A program made the position numbers and the translations under genes. A stretch of DNA of 64,000 bases from Gemmatales bacterium (GTDB lineage: Bacteria > Planctomycetota > Planctomycetia > Gemmatales > HRBIN36): the NCBI GenBank assembly GCA_041640595.1, contig JBEPZY010000003.1, forward strand, positions 316,242 through 380,241, given 5' to 3'. Of this stretch, positions 40,862 through 49,195 are shown piece by piece. The notes under the pieces are model-generated. The model worked only from the letters and a program-made list of their open reading frames with translations, made no database searches and was not told the DNA's origin. The number at the start of each line of letters is the position of its first letter. Positions within the stretch are counted from its first letter, which is position 1.

Positions 40862-41872
40862 ATGGCGAGCGGGACTTCGTCCAGGAACGCGGCCAGCCCT
40901 AAAGGACTCGCAATCGGACTTGAGGAGCTTATGCACGGCCAAGCAAGCTGGTGGCAACGCTTCTTCGGTCAGCATCGAAGCAGGCCGGAATCTTTGCCCA
41001 CTTCGCCGGTCGTCGGAGTGACGGCAAGCACAGGGGCGGAGCATCGCGCTCCACTGGCCGACAAAACCGAACCAACTCCTGCTCCCGCCGGCACAATGCT
41101 TGCCTGGACGTGGTGGTGGAGTCTGATGCTTATTCTGGTGATTTCCCGGCTGTTGCCGTTTGCGCTGCCGAAATTGCTCGCGTGGTTAGTGCCCGGCGTG
41201 GATGGCCGACAGGTTGCCTATTACCTGTTCAATGTCACTCCTGTCGGGGCAGCGTGTGTGTTTGCCGGAGCTGTGCTGGCTTCGCACGGGCAGGTGGTTC
41301 TGCTTCCGTTGACGGCGTTGCTGATCAGCGACGTCCTGCTGACGGTCACAGGCTGGGCACCTGTCCCCGGTGTTGACGTGAAATTCGCCTGGCCGCTGGT
41401 TATCCAGGTTGAGCGGATAAATGCGGCGGATCTGGCGAGGTACATGGTGATGCAGTATTCGCTCTTCTTGGCCATGAGCGGGCTGGGACGATGGTGGCTG
41501 CATCGCCGACGCAATACCGTTCGGGTGCTGGGAACTTGTCTGGTAAGCGGTCTGCTATTCTGGTTGGTCGCCGATGGCCAGGTCTGGTGGTTCAGTCGGA
41601 ATGCTCCCTTACCGCCGGATATGCCGGAGAGTTATTGGGGACGTCTGCCCTACGCCTTCAGCCCCGAGGCGTTTCTCCAGCTGCGTGGTTATCCGAAAAC
41701 CCTGGACGGACTCATCACCTGCTACCTGATGGGCTTGCCGTTTTCGTTGCGATTCATGGCCAGCACAATGGTGTTTGGATGGGTCTTTTTCCTGGCCTAT
41801 GCCTGGGCGGGACAAACAGTGGTGGGCTGGCAAAGCTGGGGCCAGACTCAACCGGCTTCTCTGACGCGCTGA
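40862..41872 (+). CDS. Integral membrane protein, DUF6580-like putative transporter component
   Basis: NVTPVGA..FAGA, PL.ALLISD, LFWLV, YPKTLDGLITCYLMGLPF; true start may be further downstream. Confidence 0.7.
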   Translation: MASGTSSRNAASPKGLAIGLEELMHGQASWWQRFFGQHRSRPESLPTSPVVGVTASTGAEHRAPLADKTEPTPAPAGTMLAWTWWWSLMLILVISRLLPFALPKLLAWLVPGVDGRQVAYYLFNVTPVGAACVFAGAVLASHGQVVLLPLTALLISDVLLTVTGWAPVPGVDVKFAWPLVIQVERINAADLARYMVMQYSLFLAMSGLGRWWLHRRRNTVRVLGTCLVSGLLFWLVADGQVWWFSRNAPLPPDMPESYWGRLPYAFSPEAFLQLRGYPKTLDGLITCYLMGLPFSLRFMASTMVFGWVFFLAYAWAGQTVVGWQSWGQTQPASLTR

Positions 41873-41903
41873 CACACCCTCCCGGCTGCACAGGAGGTTG
41901 ACC

Positions 41904-42197
41904 ATGAAGCGTTACCGCTATGTCATCCTGGCGGGCAACGGCACCAGTCACGATGTCAGTTCGCGGCGTGTCTTCTCCTATGGTACCGCACCGGAACAAA
42001 AGGTGCACGCTTTGCCGGATTTGCTCGAACGCGGCTGGCGACCGGTGCGGGAGATTCCCTTCGGCGGCGAGTACTCGATGGTGCTGATCCTGCTGGAGCG
42101 CGACGAACGCTCCTACCGAACCCCACCGGAAAAATCCGCCCACGCGGCTACGCCTGCCGCTACCGAGCCGGCCGCGACCAGCTCTGCCTCGACGTGA
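41904..42197 (+). CDS. Small hypothetical protein
   Basis: AGGAGG RBS; globular-looking LPDLLERGWRPVREIP segment. Confidence 0.7.
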   Translation: MKRYRYVILAGNGTSHDVSSRRVFSYGTAPEQKVHALPDLLERGWRPVREIPFGGEYSMVLILLERDERSYRTPPEKSAHAATPAATEPAATSSAST

Positions 42198-42242
42198 ACC
42201 ATCCTGACAGGCGCAAATGGTAACCGCAGCGGCGGACGTCAA

Positions 42243-43868
42243 CAAGAGCGGCGGGCATGAGTAAGAGCGGCGGGCGTCAGCCCGCCGTGGTTCGGACATA
42301 CGATCGCTGCGCCGTGAGGAGCGGATGTTATTCAGCAACGAGCGAACACACAATCAGGAGCGGCGGGCGTCAGCCCGCCGTGACTCGGTAAACGCAATTG
42401 CAGGAACGCCTCCGGAAAATCGGGGAGACTGCCGGCAGTGTGCTCACAAACCTGGTCCAGTCTCGGTAGCGGACACACGGGGGCTGACGCATTACCCTGG
42501 ATTGGGAAACAACTTTATGCATACGGAGGTGCAGTCTCGGTACCGGACCCACGGGGGGCTGACGCCCCCCGCTCTTGTGTTGGTGTGCGGACGTCTGCCG
42601 ATGAAAAAAAGATTTTTGCGATGCACGAACGCATATTACCAGGAGCGGCGGGCGTCAGCCCGCCGTGGTTTCGGGAACCGTGTTTGCAACGGGGATCGTC
42701 TGTCGGAGGGTGATTGCGTTTCTCGCGCATGACCGACACCAGGCGACCGATGGGGAACAAGGGAAGCATAGTGGGGGGTTATTACGTTTCCCGCGCATGT
42801 CCGACACTCGAACCACGGCTGGCTTACGCCAGCCGCTCCTGTTCGGATGTGCGGAGGCGTTTGCACCGTAAGGCTCGTTTTCCGCCGGTTCGTTTCGCCT
42901 CGCGCGATGGCTAGCCACGGGGGGCTGACGCCCTCGCTCTTAATTCCCATGTGCCGAGGCGTTTGCACAGTAACGCTTGTGTTCCGCCGGTTCGTTCTGC
43001 CTCGCACGATGACGAACCCACCGGGGCTCGGTAAACGCAATTGCAGGAACGCTTCCGGAGAATCGGGGAGACTGCCGGCAGTGTGCTCACAAACGCCGGT
43101 GCAGTCTCGGTACCGGACCCACGGGGGGCTGACGCCCCCCGCTCTTGATTGGTGCACGACCGTTCGCCGGTGGAAAAACGCCTTTTGCGATGCACGAACG
43201 CACATTACCAGGAGCGGCGGGCGTCAGCCCGCCGTGGTTCGGAAACCGCGTTTGCAACGGCGACCGTGTATCGCGGGGTGATTGCGTTTCTCGCGCATGA
43301 CCGACACCAGGCGACCGATGGGGAACAAGGGAAGCATAGTGGGGGGGGTGATTACATTTCCCGCGCATGTCCGACACTCGAACCACGGCTGGCTTACGCC
43401 AGCCGCTCCTGTTCGGATGTGCAGAGGCGTTTGCACCGTAAGGCTCGTTTTCCGCCGGTTCGTTTACTTGCCACGGGGGGCTGACGCCCCCGCTCTTGAT
43501 TCGGATATACGGAGGCGTTTGCACCGTAAGGCTCGTTTTCCGCCGGTTCGTTTGCTTGCCACGGGGGGCTGACGCCCCCCGCTCTTGATTCCGATATGCC
43601 GATGCGTTTGCACAGAAACGCTTGTGTTCCGCAGGTTCGTTCCGCCTCGCGCGATGGCTAACCACGGGGGCTGACACCCCCCGCTCTTGATTCCGATGTG
43701 CCGATGCGGTTGCACAGTAACGCTTGTGTTCCGCCGATTCGTTTACTTGCCACGGCTGGCTTACACCAGCCGCTCCTGTTCGGATGTGCCGATGCGTTTG
43801 CACAGAAACGCTTCTGTGCCGCGAGATCGTTCGCTTGCCACGGGGGGCTGACGCCCCCCGCTCTTGCT
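42243..43868. repeat. Very large REP mosaic cluster (~1.6 kb)
   Basis: More than 15 hairpin copies; ~42640-42895 repeated at ~43208-43464; ~89 bp sub-units at 43468-43868. Confidence 0.93.
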
Positions 43869-43880
43869 TGTCGTTCGGTT

Positions 43881-44201
43881 TTAGCTGTCGGCGTGGTTGT
43901 GTTTAGTAATCCAGAGGCGCACGGCGCGAGTGCGCTGGTTGATCTGACCGATGACGAGAGGTCGGCCGGTTTGCGACGGTACCACGATCAGCGCCCAATC
44001 ACCGTCCAGCGTGGCGTCCTGAGGATGAAACAACGATTCGCCGCGTGCTGCCCGTTCGGCCATGACCGCCACTTTGTCCGGCGTTCCCGGAAGCGCTGCC
44101 GTAGGTTGCTGGGGCAGCCGACCGAGCTGTCCGACGGTTGAACGTTTCCGTCGCTTGCGGGGACGCGCAGTGGGCCTTTCCGGGCGACATTGTTTGTGCA
44201 T
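43881..44201 (-). CDS. Small hypothetical protein with PTxAxPGxxxKVxVxxxR..LFHPxD motif (planctomycete/phage-associated type)
   Basis: PTAALPGTPDKVAVMAERAARGESLFHPQD; GAGG RBS. Confidence 0.7.
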   Translation of the reverse strand: MHKQCRPERPTARPRKRRKRSTVGQLGRLPQQPTAALPGTPDKVAVMAERAARGESLFHPQDATLDGDWALIVVPSQTGRPLVIGQINQRTRAVRLWITKHNHADS

Positions 44202-44357
44202 GGGCGACCTCGAAGCTGATGGTGTCGGTCAGGGATGCAGGATGGTCGAGCCATGCTGGCTCCGGCGAGGATGGATTGGTCATGCCAGGCACGCTGACGG
44301 AGCGAAAACTGCGGCTATGCGGGGAAAAGGGCAACCCAGTTCCGTCAACCGGCCCGA

Positions 44358-44555
44358 CTACGCCGGATTGCGTGGTAAAGTGTTCTGCTCGATCCGCTCC
44401 AGAGCGTGGCGCAAACCGTACAAGCCCAGGGCGGTTGCCGCAGCCAGGATCGCCTTTTCGACTTCGGGCGAGACCAGGGGCACGACATGGTTGAAGGCGA
44501 CGAAAGCCGCCAGTAGCGCTGCGATGTAGGTTTTGTAGCCATTGAGCATGGACAT
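44358..44555 (-). CDS. Holin-like two-TM peptide, in frame with the upstream gene
   Basis: MSMLNGYKTYIAALLAAFVAF..AATALGLYGLRHAL; GGGAG RBS 7 nt upstream. Confidence 0.6.
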   Translation of the reverse strand: MSMLNGYKTYIAALLAAFVAFNHVVPLVSPEVEKAILAAATALGLYGLRHALERIEQNTLPRNPA

Positions 44556-45653
44556 GGGCTTGCTCCCTTGCGACTGGCCAGGATGTCCGGACTGGGCAGC
44601 CCGCTTCTGCCCGAGCCAGACCAGAGCCAGTGCGGCCAAAGCGAGATAGACCCAGGCGGGTAGTCTGTTCCAGGCGGAAGGAACCGGCTGGTTCTGTAAC
44701 CAGGCGGCCAGTGCTGCGGGGCCGTCGTAGCGGTAACAGATGCGGGCCTCACTGGTGCCGTCTGGTCCGGCCGGTGGTTGCACGACAATGGCCAATCCGC
44801 TGGCAGCAAAATTGGCATCCTGGTTCAGTTTCAACCGCGGCACGATCCAGTGGTCGGAGGGATAACTTTGCACCCGGTACTGCCCACGCCAGGCCGCCAG
44901 TTCCGGTGCACTGGCGAGATCGTTCAGGATTTTCCGGCGTTGTTCCAGATCGCGACTGATGATGGTCAGATGGGGCAGTTGGGAATCGTCCGGCACAGTT
45001 CGTCCCGATGAGTTATCGCCGGAAGCCGACTGGCCAGAAAGCAACGCTTCGGCTTCTGCGCGGCTGATCTCGCGGCCACGCCAGAGAAACCGCTCGGCAC
45101 CAGCAGGACGCCCCTGACGTTCCTGCAAACGCACCAGGTCGAGCCCGAAATTGAGCAGGTCACTCACCGCCGCGGCATTTTTACCGCTGGCGTCGTCTGC
45201 ATTCGCGTTCCTCTCGGGTTTGTCAGGTTCGACCGATGTGCCTGTCTGTTCCGCGTTCAGAACCACGGTTATTTCCTCACCTGCACGAAAAGTGACATCC
45301 CGTTGATACTGGCGACCATCGGACCAGCGAGCTGTGATCCGGTACTGGTAAGTGCCACCGATTGGTAAGGGCGGTGTCTGCAAATAGCGGGTTCTGCCAC
45401 TCTGCTGAACACGCACGCCCTCGATTTCAATTTCAGCATTTTCCGGATGAACCACCAGTGTCAGTCGGCTGACAGCGAAATTTGCTGCTTGGGGATGGTG
45501 CTGGTCGGTAACAAAAGGAGGCGGGATGAGAGGTGCGGCCTTCCAGACCGCAGGCGGTTCGTCAGCCCCGACCGGGCATCCGCCCGTCAGTCAAGTGGGT
45601 GCTGCCGAAATATAAGCCCAGCAACTGCTCAAGCAGAAGATGGCCAGGTGCAT
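44358..45653 (-). CDS. Secreted TIGR03000-type domain protein with in-frame TGA at codon 21 (candidate selenoprotein)
   Basis: GAGGAGG RBS and ATG at 45653; MHLAIFCLSSCWAYISAAPT-TGA(45591-45593)-LTGGCP continues in frame into the 45455 ORF; PENAEIEIEG..TPPL..YQYRITARW domain; TM segment. Confidence 0.72.
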
Positions 45654-45667
45654 GGCAATGCCTCCTC

Positions 45668-46312
45668 TCAAGGCCGTGCGGGCGGAGGAGCCGGAGCCAG
45701 CAGGATCATCGCCCAGCCTTCGCCTAATCCGGTGAACGTGCGACGAAACTCGCTTTCATTCATCCACTCCACGCTGCCGGGAAAGTTGCTGTCGAGCACG
45801 GCAAACCAGCGCTCATCGGCGTGCAGCAAATTGACCATGTGGGCAATGCGTCGCCCCTGATAACGCCCCGCCGGCGAGTAACAGTAAGTTATGCAGGGCA
45901 TGCGTCCAGTTTTGCAGGCCAGTTTCAGTAGTGTAATTTCGTTCCCTTGATAATGGAGATAATCAGGCGGAGGCACACCCCGTTCCCGACACAACCGCTG
46001 GATCATTTCGTCCACTTTTTCCGGCCAGCCACCGCCGGGATGCTGCCGCATCCAGTCGCGGAAATCGCGCAGGACTTCGACATTTTGCCAGTCGGCGGCC
46101 TGGGCCAGCGAAGTGAAAACGCACAGTCCGGCACCGTCACGCCCCACCGCGTTTTTCAGATGCCGCTCCACCGGAAAATCCAGCTGCACGGGTTTGCCAT
46201 CCGGCGTGCGCAGACCCCCGATGGTTGCCTGCCAGGACGCATCGGCGGTCTGGCTCACCGTTACCAGCCAACCGCTCAGTACCAGCAGCGAGATCATTCG
46301 CCCGTTCGGCAT
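45668..46312 (-). CDS. Secreted putative papain-like (C39-type) cysteine peptidase
   Basis: Signal peptide; GLCVFTSL (Cys), IAHMVNL (His), VLDSN (Asp); GGAGG RBS. Confidence 0.65.
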   Translation of the reverse strand: MPNGRMISLLVLSGWLVTVSQTADASWQATIGGLRTPDGKPVQLDFPVERHLKNAVGRDGAGLCVFTSLAQAADWQNVEVLRDFRDWMRQHPGGGWPEKVDEMIQRLCRERGVPPPDYLHYQGNEITLLKLACKTGRMPCITYCYSPAGRYQGRRIAHMVNLLHADERWFAVLDSNFPGSVEWMNESEFRRTFTGLGEGWAMILLAPAPPPARP

Positions 46313-46340
46313 CGGTGTTCCCTCCGCGTTGCTCGAGCGA

Positions 46341-46820
46341 TTAAGCGGCTGAGTTTTGCCAGCGTCGCCGCGCTACCCACCTCCACAAAAGCGCCAGTGC
46401 CCCGACGATTCCGGCACCTTCGAGCCAACCGCGCCAGCGACCAGCGGTGTAAGCGAGATGACTGGCACGCTGGACTACCCTCAGTTCGGATTCGACCTGT
46501 TGCGGCAACTGGCGCAACGCTTCGGCCAACGACCGCAAACTCCCAGCCAGTTCCCGCCAGACTTCCGGACTGGCGGGCGAAAACGGATTCGTCTGCGGGT
46601 GAGTGGTCGCTTCGGTCGAGCCGGACGGTGAACTTGCTGGCCCGGAGTGAGAGGCAACCTGCCCGGCGTGGGGAGCGGTGAGCGGACCGGCGGGCGACGC
46701 TTCTGTTCCGGTCGGCCCTGTATCCGACGCCAGTGCTGGCTGTCCGCATCCCAACTCCCCGCACACCGGGCCTGTACCCACCAGGAGCAACACGCCACAA
46801 GCTAACCAGCAACGGGACAT
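46341..46820 (-). CDS. Hypothetical protein with signal peptide, coiled coil and C-terminal TM anchor
   Basis: GGAGG RBS; hydrophobic N-terminus; GAGIVGALALLWRW near the C-terminus. Confidence 0.65.
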   Translation of the reverse strand: MSRCWLACGVLLLVGTGPVCGELGCGQPALASDTGPTGTEASPAGPLTAPHAGQVASHSGPASSPSGSTEATTHPQTNPFSPASPEVWRELAGSLRSLAEALRQLPQQVESELRVVQRASHLAYTAGRWRGWLEGAGIVGALALLWRWVARRRWQNSAA

Positions 46821-46847
46821 AATCTTTCCTCCGGGGCTGCCTGGGAT

Positions 46848-47186
46848 AAGTGTTTATGTGTACACTTGTCGTTTCGGCATTATTATGCCGGCTGCCTGCG
46901 AACAAAGTCAAGAGGAAAAGTGTACAATAGTGCACTTACAACCAGAAATGCTGGCGCCGGGAGAGTTTAGTTTCGACGGGTTATGAACTGTTTACTGCAT
47001 CTATGCATGAATACCCGTTCAGCTGGTCGGATTCGAGAAGCAGTTGCTTTGTGGGTGAACTATCTCTTTGCGGTGGATAGTCGGGCGTATTAACCAGCCC
47101 GCGGATGTACACTTGCAACTTCCCGGTTTCAATGCTTCGGAAACCGTGTGCCGGGCTGCAAATATATAGTGCTTTTATGTACACTT
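46848..47186. promoter_or_regulatory. Three palindromic operator-like sites AAGTGY-N8-RCACTT
   Basis: aagtgt-ttatgtgt-acactt 46848-46867; aagtgt-acaatagt-gcactt 46918-46937; tagtgc-ttttatgt-acactt 47167-47186; AT-rich intergenic DNA. Confidence 0.7.
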
Positions 47187-47187
47187 A

Positions 47188-48624
47188 TCAAACGCTTTTC
47201 GGAATGCCCGGCGGAGGGGGCAGGAGCGTTTGCATGCGCTTGCGTTTTCCGGAGACCGGATCGGGCGGTATGTCGCTGACTGCCATGACGTCCACCTGTA
47301 TCACGCCGTGCAGCTGCGCTTCGCGCAGGGCTTCTTCGAGCAGGCGCTGGATGCGTCCGATGTCCGGTTGCCGGCCTGGCACTCCCGTAACACGCAATTC
47401 AAACCGCGTCCAGTCGGTTTGCGTGAACTGAAATTCCGCCACGTCGAAACAGCGATACATCGCTTCCAGAAAAATCAAGGGCGAGAATTCCTCATAGCGC
47501 TCGCCGCGACGAATCCAGAAACGGTCTTTGGTACGCCCTTCGATGCTGGCGACGTGGGGCAAATTGCTTCCACAGCGGCACCGACCTGCGTTCATGGTAA
47601 CCACATCGCCGATCTCATAGCGAATAAACGGCATCACGTAATTGTGAAGGCACGTTACCAGCACCCGACTACCCTTAGTTCCCGGCGGCACAGCACGATA
47701 GTGGTCATCCACCACCTCTAAAATCGCCAAATCCACGTTCACATGCGCTCCTGGTGCATACGGACAACCCACGGTCAGGGTCATGCATTCGCCCATGGCA
47801 TAGTGGTCGGAAACATGCACGCCGAACGCTTGTTCAATCAAGGCGCGGGCCTGCGGCGTGAGCGGTTCGCTCATGTTGGTGATCATTTGCAGTTGACCGC
47901 TTTCCCGCAGGTGCAACCGACCGGCCAGTTGTTCCCGTGCCAGGGCTTCCAGCACGCTGGCGTAACCGGTCAGGAAGTTCGGCTGAAACTCGTTGAGCTT
48001 CTGGACGTTTTTCTCCAGCGGGTCCTGCAACGACAGCCGTAACGTTTGTGCAAAGCGATGTACCGATCGCGGCATGTAAGTAAACACGACCGAACTCGGA
48101 TAAAATCCCGGCTTCACATAAAAGCTGGCCCAGCGGGACTGGCGACCGAAACGGCGAAAGAGAGTTTTCCAGCGTTTCTCCAGCGGATGCCCACGTGCCA
48201 GTTGCACGGCAAACGCGAGCAGAATATCCTTCGGTTCCTGCACGATGAAAATCGGTCGCCCCTGGCTACCGGAAGTGTGGCAAACCACGTAACGGTTGCG
48301 AAATAAGCGACCCAGATTGGCTGGATTGCTGGCGAATTCCTCCACTTCCTCCAGGCGAATCCGCCGGTCGGTAACCACTTCGTCGAAATGGGCCATTATC
48401 TCCTCTTTGTTGGTGATCGGCAAACGTTCGAGCGGACAGTTTTCGGGATCGATGCGGGCGAAACGACGGCGATAAAAGGGGGAATGCGCGATGGTGTAGT
48501 ACAACAGTTGTCGCAACTTGCCGCGCTGGTAAGCCAGCAATTGCTCCGGGCGTCGCCGCCGGCGATTCGCCAGCCGCGCCATCGTGTATATCAATTGTCC
48601 CGTTTCTCGCACTTGCTCGAACAT
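47188..48624 (-). CDS. Phenylacetate-CoA ligase (PaaK/CapK)-family adenylate-forming enzyme
   Basis: HTSGSQG, DHYAMGE, MPFIRYEIGD, IEGR, SGKRK. Confidence 0.85.
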   Translation of the reverse strand: MFEQVRETGQLIYTMARLANRRRRRPEQLLAYQRGKLRQLLYYTIAHSPFYRRRFARIDPENCPLERLPITNKEEIMAHFDEVVTDRRIRLEEVEEFASNPANLGRLFRNRYVVCHTSGSQGRPIFIVQEPKDILLAFAVQLARGHPLEKRWKTLFRRFGRQSRWASFYVKPGFYPSSVVFTYMPRSVHRFAQTLRLSLQDPLEKNVQKLNEFQPNFLTGYASVLEALAREQLAGRLHLRESGQLQMITNMSEPLTPQARALIEQAFGVHVSDHYAMGECMTLTVGCPYAPGAHVNVDLAILEVVDDHYRAVPPGTKGSRVLVTCLHNYVMPFIRYEIGDVVTMNAGRCRCGSNLPHVASIEGRTKDRFWIRRGERYEEFSPLIFLEAMYRCFDVAEFQFTQTDWTRFELRVTGVPGRQPDIGRIQRLLEEALREAQLHGVIQVDVMAVSDIPPDPVSGKRKRMQTLLPPPPGIPKSV

Positions 48625-49007
48625 AGTCCGTATTGCCTGCCAGGCGGCTTGATCGGAATCGTGTACCGGCTATTGAGTTATGCAGCCAGCCCCACTCCGC
48701 CAAGAGTGGAGAAACGCTCCTCGCAAAACTGCGTCGCGCATGCGCAACCATTTGCCTCTAATCGCCAGCCTGGCCAACCGCCCAGAAAAAAAGTTTTTCC
48801 AGAGTGTGCTTCAGCATACGGAAATACTCTTAGTTACGCTGAAAAGGGGCTTGTTCTGGTTTCTTCGGTCAAATGTCCGCGGCCAGAATGCCTCGATGCT
48901 GCTGCAATCCTGGCCGAGCCGGGAGTGCCTGGGGCAAGCATCGCTGAAAATCCCGACGCCCGAGTGATAGTGGTTGGTCAGGCGAATGCGACGTCGGTAT
49001 CCAACCG

Positions 49008-49096
49008 GTAGGGACAACTCCCGTGGTTGCCCATGATGGGTTTTATGCGTGGGGCCGATCGGAACGTCCGAGGGCAGGCACAGAGCCTGGCCCTGC
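49008..49096. repeat. GTAG-type REP doublet (inverted pair), distinct from the main REP family
   Basis: gtagggacaactcccgtggttgccc ... gggcaggcacagagcctggccctgc. Confidence 0.5.
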
Positions 49097-49195
49097 TGGT
49101 CTCGTAGTAGAGATAGCAGCCAGCTTGAAACTGGCGGTGGAGAAATCCAAACTGGCGGTGGACGGAATTCGTGATTCAGCGAGGGATGGGCTGGG

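Noticed and set aside
49128..49162. 14 bp direct repeat aaactggcggtgga x2 after glyQS
   Set aside because: Too short and only two copies; no function can be supported.
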